64,000 bases of DNA from Terriglobia bacterium (GCA_963664115.2 CAXWPJ010000010.1:384001-448000), one strand, 5' to 3'; positions 19,799-30,495 are shown, counted from the first letter of the stretch. Translations and numbers: made by a program. The notes: a model not told the origin generated them from the sequence alone.

Positions 19799-21724
19799 AT
19801 GAACTTCCAATATCATCCCTTTTCTCTCTCACTGCTCCGAAGCCTAGGCCCAATCGAAATCGTACATGTAGATCGGGTGTTAGAGGAGCAACTCGGCCTG
19901 ACGAGCGACGAGATTGCAGCTCAGCCTCTCATAGACTGGATTCATCCTGAAGACAGGGCCGTTATCAAGGAAGCCCTGGATTCCGGCGCTGGCTACGCGT
20001 GGGCCCGGCATCGGACGAAACATCACGATTGGGTACCTTTTGATTGGCAGGTAGAGACCGCGGATGGTGGGGTTTTTGTGCTCGGGCGACTGGCATCGGA
20101 AAGCCCGATGAGCCCCGCGTCTTTCGCCCCTAGCAAGTCGAATACGCAGGCTGAGGCGCTGGAGGCCATGGCGCTCGTCGTGGAGGCAAAGAACCCGGAA
20201 ATGCGATGCTCGATCCTGCTCGTCGATTCTGCGACCCGTCGCGTCACAGTCGGCGCCGGTCCGAGTCTTCCGGCCGAGTACAATGAGGCGGTTGAGGGAT
20301 TGCAAATCGGACCCGCCGTCGGTTCCTGCGGGACCGCAGCGTTTTGGAATGTGCCTGTCATTGTCGATAACATTGCAGAGGACCCGCTGTGGCGTAACCT
20401 GCGTGGGACGGCCTCCATCGCCGGTGTCTGCGCGTGCTGGTCGCACCCGATCACGGCGACGGACGGTACTGTCCTCGGTGCCCTGGCGCTGTATGCCGAT
20501 GAACCAAAATTTCCTGACGAGAGCCAGATGGATGGACTTGAGATCGCGGCTCGCATGGTTGGCATCGCGCTCGAACGTGACCGCCTGCAGGAGCAGCTGA
20601 GGCGATCCTCGAAGTTGGAAGCAATTGGCCGACTGGCCGGAGGGATCGCGCACGACTTTAACAACTATCTGACGGCAATCGTGGGCAATCTTGACTTGGC
20701 GATGCTGGGGCTTGCGCCCGACGACGAGCGAAGACCCCTGATCCTGGCGGCCCAGAATGCGTCGCTCAGGGCGCGTGACGTCACGCAACAATTGCTCACC
20801 TTTGCCTCGGGTGGTGCTCCCGTGACCTCGGCTCAATCACCCATCGAGCTGGCCAGGGAGACCGTCGATTTCTCGTTGGCGGGCTCCAACGTGCGCTATG
20901 AGATGCGTTTCGGGTCCGAAATCAAGAATGTCGAAGTCGATAGAGGACAGGCGAGCCAGGTGATCCAGAACGTGGTCCTCAACGCCGTTCAGGCGATGCC
21001 GGAGGGTGGCGACATTGTCGTTAGCGCGGAAAACGTCCCCGCCGAATCGTTGCCTCACTCGGAGTCATCCGGTTCGGGCGAGTTTGTCCGATTGTCGATC
21101 GCTGACCAAGGTCTGGGCATACCGGAGCACCATCTGACTCGCATCTTTGATCCGTTCTTCTCGACGAAAGACCAGGGACGGGGGCTGGGTCTGGCGACGA
21201 CCTATTCGATCATGAAGCGGCACGGGGGCCAACTGACCGTGGATTCCACGATGGGCAAGGGAACGACCGTCCAACTGTATTTCCCGGTGGCGCAGCGAGA
21301 AGCCCAGCCCCTAGACCCGGACGTTGAGCCTCTTCTCTGCCCCGTCGGCAGGGTGCTGGTGATGGACGACGAGGAGTCTGTTCGGGACCTGCTCAAGAGG
21401 ATGCTCGTGATGCATGGCGGCGAGGTCACGCTCGCTTCAGACGGGAGCGAGGCGATCCGAATGTTTGAGCAGGCCCGGGGAGAGGAGAAGCCCTTTGATC
21501 TGGTGATCCTCGACCTGACGATTCCCGGTGGCATGGGAGGCGTGGTCGCCCTGAGCCACCTCCGAAAACTCGATCCTGAGGTCCGCGCCGTCGCCACGAG
21601 CGGCTACGCGGATAGCCCGATTCTGTCGGAACACGCGGCGCACGGATTCGCCTGCAGCTTGAAGAAGCCCTACTTGCTGGAGGATCTGAAAACACTGCTA
21701 TCCTCCGTGTCGGGGGATGTTTAG
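19799..21724 (+). CDS. Hybrid sensor histidine kinase (PAS-GAF-HisKA-HATPase-REC)
   Basis: WIHPEDR, GSCGTAAF (GAF), GGIAHDFNN, FDPFFSTK, GRGLGLA, VLVMDDE, DLVILDLTIPGG. Confidence 0.95.
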   Translation: MNFQYHPFSLSLLRSLGPIEIVHVDRVLEEQLGLTSDEIAAQPLIDWIHPEDRAVIKEALDSGAGYAWARHRTKHHDWVPFDWQVETADGGVFVLGRLASESPMSPASFAPSKSNTQAEALEAMALVVEAKNPEMRCSILLVDSATRRVTVGAGPSLPAEYNEAVEGLQIGPAVGSCGTAAFWNVPVIVDNIAEDPLWRNLRGTASIAGVCACWSHPITATDGTVLGALALYADEPKFPDESQMDGLEIAARMVGIALERDRLQEQLRRSSKLEAIGRLAGGIAHDFNNYLTAIVGNLDLAMLGLAPDDERRPLILAAQNASLRARDVTQQLLTFASGGAPVTSAQSPIELARETVDFSLAGSNVRYEMRFGSEIKNVEVDRGQASQVIQNVVLNAVQAMPEGGDIVVSAENVPAESLPHSESSGSGEFVRLSIADQGLGIPEHHLTRIFDPFFSTKDQGRGLGLATTYSIMKRHGGQLTVDSTMGKGTTVQLYFPVAQREAQPLDPDVEPLLCPVGRVLVMDDEESVRDLLKRMLVMHGGEVTLASDGSEAIRMFEQARGEEKPFDLVILDLTIPGGMGGVVALSHLRKLDPEVRAVATSGYADSPILSEHAAHGFACSLKKPYLLEDLKTLLSSVSGDV

Positions 21725-22278
21725 GGCCCCTGGGCGCCACCCTCACCGGGGTTCTGTCAACTGATCTTCCGATGGCCGAACCGATGGCGCATGGTTACCA
21801 GTTGATCAACCTGTCGTGATCACTTCCCAAGTCCCAAAAGAAAGTGCCCGCAGCATCCGATGATGAGCCGATTTCAGCCGGTGCCGAGCAATTCGGAAAA
21901 GATTCAGAACGAGACCGTGAACAAAGAGGAATCGTTAAGTCTGAGCGGGGGACTTGAACCTTCTCATCTGCCGCTCCCGCTGCCGGGTTGGTTGGTGCGA
22001 GACTTCCGCTCGATTGTTCGCGTATTGATCGGTGTCATGGTTCACCGAAGGCATGATCGTGCACGACTTATCGGGATTTGAGATTGGACCAGTAAACACT
22101 GGCTCGTCAGGGGCGATCCATAGGTCTCTCGGAGTATTCCGGCGGGCGAGGCGAGCTCGGAGATTCGGCCGGTGGAGACTGGTCGGCGCGATCGTCAGGT
22201 CACGAGCGCCGCAAGGCGTGCGACGAAGATGAGGACGATCAGGAATGTGAAGAAGTAGAGAAGGAGAACGCCGAGGTC

Positions 22279-22398
22279 GACGGTCGCTTTCTCATGATCT
22301 CCGCAGCGAACCAACCTGAATTCGGTCTCAATCGTCCTCAAATCAACATCGTCCTCAACTGGTTTGAAGAACTGAAGGAACGGTTGCCGGTGCCGTAA
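22279..22398 (+). pseudogene. Ser/Thr kinase-PD40 protein, C-terminal remnant
   Basis: DGRFLMISAANQPEFGLNRPQINIVLNWFEELKERLPVP*, with no start. Confidence 0.8.
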
Positions 22399-22433
22399 AA
22401 CAGGCCGTTTGTTCCTGTCTATCGCTGAAATCC

Positions 22434-22475
22434 ATTCTCAAGTCCTGAGAAATCATCTTCTCGGACGTTGAGAAT
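22434..22475 (+). repeat. Array site, copy a
   Basis: ATTCTCA AGTCCTGAGAA ATCATC TTCTCGGACGT TGAGAAT. Confidence 0.9.
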
Positions 22476-22543
22476 TGAAACCACCACTTTCCGCTAAGGC
22501 GACCAACCTTCGATTGGGGCATATGGACGGTTTGCCGACTATA

Positions 22544-23390
22544 TTGTGCCACGAGCATAGAAGGCCGAATGGCCTTCGAGTGCGCAACTGCTCAACTGAT
22601 GAGGGAGGGCCCCTCGGAATCGGCTTGCAGGAGTTGGTTTCAAACCACCTTTGGCGGCTGTGGTCAAAAGCCATGGTCGTGAGCGCGTAAGGAAAAGGCC
22701 CGGCAGTGATCGGGTCAGGTGTCAGGCAAGAAGAGGACCGCAAGGGAACCACTGCTGAAGTGTCGAAAGCTTAGAGACGATGGCCAAAACCGCGGAGTTA
22801 TAGTTGCTGCGGGATGAGATCCGACGATACCTGTTTACGGGCGGAGTGGCCTCCGGCATGAGAGGTGGCCTGAGCTTGCCAAGAGGCGGTTGAGCGGAAC
22901 GTGGGAACCTGAACTTCGATGCTAACGGAGAAGCCACAAGTGGAAGCACCACGAGGGCGAGAGTACGGATGCGGGGTTCAGGGGCGGACTGCCTTGTAGT
23001 AGTGATGAACCTCTTGTAATGAGAGGGGAGCGAAGGGGGCAGGCCATTCGCGTCATGGTCCATGAACTCAGGAGGAACCGACTGTTGTGGCGGGGAGCAA
23101 CAGTAAGCCGTGTGAGAGAGGGGACGTCCGCGTTGCGCCTTGAAAGGGAAGTCTAGTCAGCCTGCCGTGGCAAATTCGCGTCATGGTCACTGCCGTAGAC
23201 AGGGAGGGAGTTGATAGCCCCGAAATCGATCGTGGTTGAAGTAGCCGACCTTGTCAACTGGTAACAGGAGGAACCGACTGTTGTGGCGGGGAGCAACAGC
23301 TCTCAGTGAATGGCAAGAGCCGTGTGAGTTGAGAGGCTCACGCACGGTTCTGTGAGAGGCTCGGGGTGAAATTCCCCGGGCCTACTCGGC
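22544..23390 (+). mobile_element. ORF-less or internally deleted group II intron
   Basis: 5' TTGTG followed by a CCACG/CGTGG basal stem. Domain V GAGCCGTGTGAGTTGAGAGGCTCACGCACGGTTC (23317-23350); domain VI ends CCTACTCGGC. Boundaries are inferred. Confidence 0.75.
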
Positions 23391-23671
23391 CGTCAAGTAG
23401 AAGGTCGACTGATGTGCCAGAGGGCGGCTTGTGCGGCGTTGACGATCAATTCCCTAAACACTAGGCGACAAGGGTGGATCTATCTCACGAATCTCACTCA
23501 GCTCCCTTTATCAGAGATGGCGGAACCGGCGACCCGAATCGAGGAGGACCTGACTCCAGGGCTCTTTGACAGACGGAATAAACGACGGCGTCGGAGAATG
23601 GCCGTGCTGGCAATGCCAGCAGAGGGCTGACGTCAGGTGGCGGATCAGCGGAATAAGCAGGGTCTGGTGTT

Positions 23672-24154
23672 ATGGAACCGACAAAGACAAAGCTCGTTGA
23701 ATTCGGTCGCTTTGCTCAGCGGGATGCGGGCAAGCACGGGAGAAAACGTCCAGAAACGATCTACTTTCTGGGCATGACCCTGTACTGCTCGCAGAATCGC
23801 AAAGGCAATTTCCGGGTGGGATTGCGCACTGAGAAGTCTCGACTTCAACGCAGTCTGGCCCATCTACGCGATCTGATGAGACGAATGCGTCACTTGCCGG
23901 TCCGGGAGCAGGTTCAGAATCTGAATCGGGTCTTGCGTGGTCACTACGCCTACTACGGCATCGCCGGAAACTTCCGGGCCCTCCAGCACGTTGCTCGGGT
24001 CGTGGAGCGTTACTGGCGCAAGATGCTGAGCAGCCGGAGTCGCGCTGGTTACGTCCGGTGGGAGGTATTCAACCGGATTAAGACGCGCTTTCCGTTGCAG
24101 CGGCCCAAGCTGGCGCTTCCGTATCGGGAGTTCCAGTCTCTTGCTGTGTTGTGA
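23672..24154 (+). pseudogene. Group II intron reverse transcriptase/maturase, C-terminal fragment
   Basis: KTKLVEFGRFA, PETIYFLGMT, LNRVLRGHYAYYG (domain X); the YADD region is missing. Confidence 0.88.
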
Positions 24155-24167
24155 ATCCGTTTCTGAA

Positions 24168-24241
24168 GAGCGTAGTGCGGGAAATCCGCACGCTACGTTC
24201 TGTGGGAGCCGGAGGCGGGTGACCGCCTCTGGCGACCCGGT
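24168..24241 (+). ncRNA. Domains V-VI of a second group II intron
   Basis: GAGCGTAGTGCGGGAAATCCGCACGCTACGTTCTGTGGGAGCCGG...GGCGACCCGGT directly after the RT stop codon. Confidence 0.85.
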
Positions 24242-24957
24242 CCTCGGGGTGAAATTCCCCGGGCCTACTCGGCCGTCAAGTAGAAGGTCGACTGATGTGC
24301 CAGAGGGCGGCTTGTGCGGCGTTGACGATCAATTCCCTAAACACTAGGCGACAAGGGTGGATCTATCTCACGAATCTCACTCAGCTCCCTTTATCAGAGA
24401 TGGCGGAACCGGCGACCCGAATCGAGGAGGACCTGACTCCAGGGCTCTTTGACAGACGGAATAAACGACGGCGTCGGAGAATGGCCGTGCTGGCAATGCC
24501 AGCAGACGACTATGGCAGCGCTGTCAATGTCGTCGTATGAGTGTTATGTCAACCCGCGCGCGGCCACAGGCCGTCGCGCGACGGAGGCGTACTTTACAGA
24601 ACGTCGAGGAGCCCGACCAAGCGCAACGCAACACTGGCGGATGGATCCGGCGCTGGAGCGGACAACTCGTGAGAACTGCGGGTTAGGGACGAAACCTGCT
24701 GGTGCCGAAACCGTTAACCAAAGAATTAGAGGTGGGAGAGCACAATCAGAAGGCCGCCAGCCCGCTTGACCTGACCCTGGCATCAACTCGTCGCGACGAC
24801 GTTAGCTTGCCCGTGCCCCGCAGTTCCACGCCCGGCATCGCTTCATTGAGTGGTAACGCGGGTGGTAACACCCATCAAGCGCTGGCGCCCGGATGAAACA
24901 GGATCGAAGCGGGGCACAAGCGCAGCGCTGAACACAGTTCGTTGCAGAGATTGAACG

Positions 24958-25764
24958 TCACACCGAGATTACGATCAGGTAGATCAGCAACCCGACCGGA
25001 TAGACAAGGCCGACGTTCGCCATGTTGGACGCGGTGAGATTGTCGAGCACCTCCTGCGTGTCAGCCAGCGATCCCAGCTTCCCCGCAGCTCGTGCGCTAG
25101 CGTAGACTGAAAAAAAGGTGATGGCCTCCGGCAGGCTGGAGGTGAAGCCCAGGATCAAACCGGCGATCGCGGGGCTTATGCCGATGCGGTTGACCACGTT
25201 CTCCGTCGCCCCGCCCAGGAAGAAGCCGGCGATGGCGAGGGTGACCAGGGCGGTCGCGGTCAGGATCAGGCCGATTCTGAGGCTGCCGGCGGCCGGCTCG
25301 CCGCCGCCCTCGAGCTCCGCGCGGTTTACCCGAACGTCAACGAAGCGGTACAGACCGAAGAACAGGAGCAGGACCGGAATCACCGTCCAGCTTTCGTCGA
25401 TGCCGTACAGCATGAGTACGATCGGGGCCACGATGGCGAGGACGGCGAACAGAATCTCGTCCAGGAACCGCCTGTTGAAGAGGTCGGGTAACTGGAGGTT
25501 CCACCCGGCTGCGAAACCCATGAGGATGAAATTGATTATGTTACTGGACGCGATGTTCCAGAGACCGGCTTCCCACACGCCCGCCAGACCCGCGGCGACC
25601 AGGCACACGAACTCCGGAGCGGAGGTCGCGAAGCCCGTCCACTGGCCGCGCGCCTTGGCCGTCCACTTCAGCGAAGCGGCCACATGCTCGATGCCCGTCA
25701 CGAGCCCGAATTTCGCGATCAAGATGATCGCCCCGGCCGAGAGGACCATGATCAGAATGGACAT
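24958..25764 (-). CDS. Na+/Ca2+ antiporter-like membrane protein
   Basis: Two alpha repeats (GFATSAPEF...NIASSNIIN and GFTSSLPEA...NLTASNMAN); many TM helices. Confidence 0.8.
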   Translation of the reverse strand: MSILIMVLSAGAIILIAKFGLVTGIEHVAASLKWTAKARGQWTGFATSAPEFVCLVAAGLAGVWEAGLWNIASSNIINFILMGFAAGWNLQLPDLFNRRFLDEILFAVLAIVAPIVLMLYGIDESWTVIPVLLLFFGLYRFVDVRVNRAELEGGGEPAAGSLRIGLILTATALVTLAIAGFFLGGATENVVNRIGISPAIAGLILGFTSSLPEAITFFSVYASARAAGKLGSLADTQEVLDNLTASNMANVGLVYPVGLLIYLIVISV

Positions 25765-25843
25765 CCATGCTTCCTCTCGCCGCTTCCGGCGGCAATGAAA
25801 CGACAACACTCACCTGGGCGATCGACCCGGAACGGACCCGCCA

Positions 25844-26464
25844 TTGCCGGGGCTGGGATTGTTCGATGTCGGGTTACGCCATAGTACTACGTGCTCCCCA
25901 ACTGGACGTTACGGCTTCTGCCCATGCGCTTCAACCGCAGACGGCGATGCCCTGAAGGTCAGCAAAGCGCTGCTCTGCAAATTTCCCGGTGAGATCGCGG
26001 AGGGAAACGGCAAGCGCCAAATCGTAATTGACGAACGGGCCGACGACGCGCAACGCACGTCGCTCGAGACGATTATCTCAGGCGAAGCGTGCGAACCCTT
26101 CAGCAATCATTTCTCTGTCTTCGGTTCATTATGCACGGAGTTTTTCGACACGCTCGTTCTGCCGATCGAACTCGAAGTGGACCTCGAGCGCAGAACGGCT
26201 AAGGTCGATATTCCAGGTGTCCTGAAGAGTGCTGGCAGGCCGATCATCAACAAGTTCAATGGCGAACCGTTCCACATTGCGATTGCACGTCCGACTGGCA
26301 GCTTCGAATTTACCTATGGGGAAATCGGACGCGGAACGACCGCAGTGACGGGTGACATGGAGATGTCGTTCGAAGATTCATGGGCGCTGTATTGTGTTCA
26401 CCACTACGATCAGAATGGTTTGATTCACTCAAGATCGAAGCTCACAGACTGGTTTGGAGCCTGA
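25844..26464 (+). pseudogene. DUF1326-family protein, probably N-terminally degraded
   Basis: PGEIAEGNG, VIDERADDAQRTSLETIISG, PTGSFEF; no convincing start. Confidence 0.6.
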
Positions 26465-26545
26465 ATTCGCGTTCCCCTGAATGACGGCAATGGGTCAAAG
26501 CGGAAGGTGTTGTCCGCCGACCAGACTTAAGCCGCTGTACCTGGT

Positions 26546-26611
26546 CGACCGCAGATCCGTGTCGTTCTGAACTGGTTTGAAGAACTGAAAGACCGGGTGC
26601 CGGTTCCATAG
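26546..26611 (+). pseudogene. Ser/Thr kinase C-terminal remnant
   Basis: RPQIRVVLNWFEELKDRVPVP*. Confidence 0.8.
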
Positions 26612-26626
26612 ATGACCATGAAAATG

Positions 26627-26666
26627 ATTCTCAAGTCCTGTAAATCATCTTCTCGGACATTGAGAA
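26627..26666 (+). repeat. Array site, copy b (1 nt shorter)
   Basis: ATTCTCAAGTCCTGTAA ATCATC TTCTCGGACAT TGAGAA. Confidence 0.9.
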
Positions 26667-27021
26667 CTGTAATTCCTGAAAACTGCTATGAATTGGGCCT
26701 GGCTTCCTGTCAGACGTTGCGATGTGCCCGAAGTGCTTTCGGAAGGTTACGGACAAGACGTTGGTCGAACTGTATGGGCTCTGGTCCTCAATTGGCGAAG
26801 CTGTTCATAACTATAATTATTGTATTTACTACAACTTAGCTAGAATTTGGTCTGTTTTTCCTCTCGTGTTCAATTATGTCCCCGAACTATGCTTCCGCCG
26901 AACGCAGAGTTCCTACGATGGGTGACGAGGCGTTTGGCTTCTTTTCGGAGGAGTTCAAAATGGGCGTGAGCCTTAGGATGCACGCTCTAATAAGTATGCT
27001 TATTGTCAGGAGGACAACAGG

Positions 27022-27165
27022 ATGGAACCGAAGAATATCGAAGGATTCGAGCTCGAACTTGAAATTAAAGTAGAAGAATTAGAAGAGCGCATCGCTCCCG
27101 GCGAGTTGGTTTGGCCCTTCCCTGGTGGCGGCAAAGGCAAAGGCGGAGGCCACGGCGGTCGCTAA
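27022..27165 (+). CDS. 47-aa peptide, RiPP-precursor-like (VEELEERIAP leader, Gly/Lys-rich tail)
   Basis: Below the ORF-track cutoff. AGGAGG RBS; MEPKNIEGFELELEIKVEELEERIAPGELVWPFPGGGKGKGGGHGGR*; followed by a terminator. Confidence 0.75.
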   Translation: MEPKNIEGFELELEIKVEELEERIAPGELVWPFPGGGKGKGGGHGGR

Positions 27166-27175
27166 AGCATTCTGT

Positions 27176-27210
27176 GAATCCCCTGTCGCTTGACAGGGGA
27201 TTCGCTTTTT
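27176..27210 (+). terminator. Rho-independent terminator
   Basis: GAATCCCCTGTC-GCTT-GACAGGGGATTC 12-bp stem followed by GCTTTTT. Confidence 0.85.
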
Positions 27211-27296
27211 CTCCTCCCACTTGCTGTCTGAACCCGCGAAATGCCCGAAATGCTTTCGGGAGGTTGACGAAAAAAGTCTGATGGGCATGGTGCTTT

Positions 27297-27458
27297 ATGA
27301 AGTGCCCCAGGTGTGACTCGGAAGACGTTCGGCGTTCTCGCCGTAGCTTACTAGATCGGTACGCTCGCTTCTTTCTCCTTCCATTCCGTTGCCGAAATTG
27401 CAATAGGCGATTCTACCGCTTTCGTTTCCTGCTCTCGCAACCGACAGCGAAACATTAA
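27297..27458 (+). CDS. 53-aa zinc-ribbon protein
   Basis: MKCPRCDSEDVRRSRR...PFRCRNCNRRF with two CxxC motifs. Confidence 0.7.
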   Translation: MKCPRCDSEDVRRSRRSLLDRYARFFLLPFRCRNCNRRFYRFRFLLSQPTAKH

Positions 27459-27732
27459 GTGCTTCAGAGAGGTTACGGAGAAGAGGCTGGTGGAGCCAAA
27501 GTGATTCTCAACTTCCGCGAAGGTCGTTTGAACTAAGCCGCTGGCGCGGCGGACACGTTGCGTGCGTGGTCGAGGACCTTGCCTGACCGAGAGAGGGTTT
27601 CGCGTTGTTACCGTTTGGAAAGTTCCCGGAGGTAACGGCTCGTGACGGTTACGTGGACGAGTTCGAGCTGCCACTGACGAAAGCTCTGGGCGCTCGACTT
27701 CTTGGCGAATGTTACCGCGACCTAAATGGGGG

Positions 27733-28935
27733 CTACATGTTGAGTCCTTCGCTGATCCGGCGAGCCCACCCCAACGAATCTAGGTAGTGGCTCCGAATTG
27801 TCATGGGCGGGAGGTCCTTGTAACGAACCTGATCCCACTCACCCCGCTCGTAAGCAAGCACACACTGGAGCGCGTCGCCAAGAGATCCTTCCGAGCGTAT
27901 CAACGCGGATTTGATTTCACTCGAAACGGGAATATCTCCGAGCGCCTCTTCCATGGGACAATCCATCAGAGCGTCGAGAACTGACAACAGACCGACCGTA
28001 AAGAACGTCTCTCGTGGCCCCTCGTCTGCTGAAGAAGCCAGTCTTTCGCACATAGCGGCCCGCACGATTGCCGTGGTCATAAGCTCGGGCGGCTTATCCT
28101 CCATCTTGCAAAACATCAGAAGGCTCGCCCATACGCGAATCCGCTCGATTCCAACCATCTTGACAGCGTGGTTGATTGACTTCATAGGCCGATCCAGCCC
28201 CATGAAAGCGGAGTTCGCAAAGCGCAACAACTTGTAGCTAAGCGTAACGTCGGCGCTAATCGTTGCCTCCAGTTCGTTCGAGCTGACGTCCGGGTTCTGG
28301 AGATTCGCTAAGACCCGCAACGCGCCCAGGCGACTGACGGATATAATCGTGGCTTCGCCGTTAGGTGTACAGAAGAAGTTTCCCCGGTACATGTCGAAGT
28401 TGTGCTGCTGGCACAACTCGAATTGTTTATAGGTATCGACATGGTCGGCCAGCAACTGGATGTTGGGACGGGATAACCGATCGACCTGCTTGGCCAGTTC
28501 GTCATCATTCAAATCAAGAACGTTGATCCGAACAATATCCGCAATCGACCGTCCGTTTCCGTTCAAGGACTCGAGCATCGTGCTTCCGACCGCGATCTTG
28601 AATCCCATTCTGGACAACTCAAGAAGCGCATCCGTGAAGGCGGTGTCGGAGACAATATCATCGAGCACCTCCAACACAACCCGGCGCTTTGAAAGAGACA
28701 GACAATGCCCGGCGATCACGGCTTCACGGGATACGCTCACGAAGGCTTGATGGTCCCCAACAATCTGATCGAGACGATCTTCGGTAAAAGTGCCCAGATC
28801 GTCACGTAGAGTGTCCAGCTCGCCGGCCGTGGGGAGAGGTCCTCTGTGTTCACGGGGCTGTGAAACGAGTGCGTAGGCTCGCAACCGCACGTTGGACTTG
28901 TATATTGGTTTTCGACTAACGTGTGGTTTTTTCAT
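27733..28935 (-). CDS. Degenerate EAL + HDOD domain protein (YuxH-like)
   Basis: VVLEVL, ISADVTLSYKLLRFANSA, FFTVGLLSVLDALM, YERGEW; catalytic EAL/DDF motifs degenerate. Confidence 0.88.
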   Translation of the reverse strand: MKKPHVSRKPIYKSNVRLRAYALVSQPREHRGPLPTAGELDTLRDDLGTFTEDRLDQIVGDHQAFVSVSREAVIAGHCLSLSKRRVVLEVLDDIVSDTAFTDALLELSRMGFKIAVGSTMLESLNGNGRSIADIVRINVLDLNDDELAKQVDRLSRPNIQLLADHVDTYKQFELCQQHNFDMYRGNFFCTPNGEATIISVSRLGALRVLANLQNPDVSSNELEATISADVTLSYKLLRFANSAFMGLDRPMKSINHAVKMVGIERIRVWASLLMFCKMEDKPPELMTTAIVRAAMCERLASSADEGPRETFFTVGLLSVLDALMDCPMEEALGDIPVSSEIKSALIRSEGSLGDALQCVLAYERGEWDQVRYKDLPPMTIRSHYLDSLGWARRISEGLNM

Positions 28936-29110
28936 GCCTTCTTCCCGACCGGGCAGGGTTCAAGTCCTCCGTGATTTGTTGGCCACCTTCGGTGAGGCGC
29001 TGTCGCCTGAGTTTTCTGCCTACTGGCGTTCGAGCCTCGACACCTTACCTATCGGAAAATTGACTTACTATCTTTACTATAAAAACTGTACCGTCTACCG
29101 AAGTGCTTTT

Positions 29111-30495
29111 GAGTTATTGTCAAAAGTGGTGTTTAGGAGATTGATTCAAGCGGCGGCCTGATCGACTTGTGTCGCTTCGACACCATCGTTGAATTTCACT
29201 CCGATGATTACCTTGCTCAGATCATCGAATCCTCGTAATCGTCGCCAATTGTTCTCAGCGCACTGGCCCAGTTTGAACATCATGTGCAGCATGCCATCCC
29301 GTGTCAGGCAACCTCTGGATCGCTTCGTTCGGTGTCGAATGGTGGCAAAGGTCGACTCAATGGGATTCGTCGTTCTGATGCTCTGCCAGTGCTTGGCCGG
29401 AAAGTCGTAAAAGGCCAGCAGTTCCTCTCTGTCTTTCTGCAGGCAGAGTGTGGCTTTCGGATACTTCGGTTCATAGGTTTCAATGAACAAGTCGAATGCC
29501 TTCTCGGCGTCTGCCTTCGTCTCGGCCTGCCAGATCGAGTGCAGGGCCTGTTTCGCCTTCGCCTGGACCGACTTGGGCAGGCAGTTGAGGACGTTCATGA
29601 CTTTGTGCATCCAGCAACGTTGTTGACGTGTCTCGGGATAGATTTCCTCCAGTGCGGCCCAGAACCCCATCGCACCGTCACCGATGGCCAACTTCGGAAC
29701 ATTCATCCCACGGGACTTCAGCTTCAACAAGACCTCGCGCCAACTCTGTGTCGATTCCCGTACACCGTCTTCGATCGCCAGGAAACGCTTCTCTCCGCGT
29801 TCATTCACGCCGATCACGACCAATGCACACAACTTGGTTTGTTCCGCCCGAAGTCCGCTGTAGATGCCGTCGGCCCAGACATAGACCCAGCGATCTGCAT
29901 CCAAACGCTCCTCGCATCCGAGGCGGTACTGTTCGCCCCAAACCTGTTTCAACCGCGATACCGTGCTCGCCGACAGACCCTGCGCCTGGGGACCGACAAG
30001 AACTTTTAGGGCCTCACCCATCTCGCCGCTGGAAACGCCTTTCAAATACAACCACGGCACCGCTGCTTCCAGCGACTTCGTCTTCCGAATGTACGGTGGT
30101 ACCAGGGCCGATCGGAACGTCACAGCTTCGCCCGTCTTGGCACGGACCTTCGGGATTTGGACTGTTACCGGACCCAATCCCGTCTGCAGTTCGCGTTCCG
30201 GCAGATAACCGTTGCGTACCACCCCGGCGTTTCCTGTCTCAGTTCGCCGGCCACCGTGCTGGGATAGCAGCTCTGCCAATTCGGCTTCCACTGCGCGTTG
30301 GATCAGTTGCTGTGCCCCAACTCGTAGTAGTTCTGTTACTGGATCCTCAATCGTTTCTCGACCTTCCGGTCCATTCACGTTACTCTTGCTCACAGTGGCG
30401 TATCTCCTATGGTTGCTTTGAAGTTTTGTCACAACAAATCAACCAGATACGCCGCTCTTATTCAATCCCTCAAACACCAGATTCGGTTATAACTC
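29111..30495 (-). mobile_element. IS256-family insertion sequence
   Basis: IRs GAGTTAT...TGGTGTTT / AAACACCA...ATAACTC; 9-bp target duplication AGTGCTTTT at 29102-29110 and 30496-30504. Confidence 0.93.
29146..30393 (-). CDS. IS256-family transposase
   Basis: RNGYLPER, YVWADG, IGDGAMGFW, QRCWMHK, RTTNPIESTF. Confidence 0.95.
   Translation of the reverse strand: MSKSNVNGPEGRETIEDPVTELLRVGAQQLIQRAVEAELAELLSQHGGRRTETGNAGVVRNGYLPERELQTGLGPVTVQIPKVRAKTGEAVTFRSALVPPYIRKTKSLEAAVPWLYLKGVSSGEMGEALKVLVGPQAQGLSASTVSRLKQVWGEQYRLGCEERLDADRWVYVWADGIYSGLRAEQTKLCALVVIGVNERGEKRFLAIEDGVRESTQSWREVLLKLKSRGMNVPKLAIGDGAMGFWAALEEIYPETRQQRCWMHKVMNVLNCLPKSVQAKAKQALHSIWQAETKADAEKAFDLFIETYEPKYPKATLCLQKDREELLAFYDFPAKHWQSIRTTNPIESTFATIRHRTKRSRGCLTRDGMLHMMFKLGQCAENNWRRLRGFDDLSKVIIGVKFNDGVEATQVDQAAA

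Larger units (their letters stand above)
23360..24506. repeat. 264-bp direct repeat (23360-23623 and 24243-24506)
   Basis: Matching sequence at offset 883, comprising intron domain VI plus the 3' exon. Confidence 0.92.

Noticed and set aside
21745-22081. IS6-like remnant
   Set aside because: GGTTCTGTCAAC resembles an IS6 end and the ORF resembles IS-associated spurious frames, but no transposase or second end was found.
23672-24154. RT of a DGR or retron
   Set aside because: It has a maturase domain X and adjacent intron domains V-VI. No A-specific differences were noticed between the 264-bp repeats.
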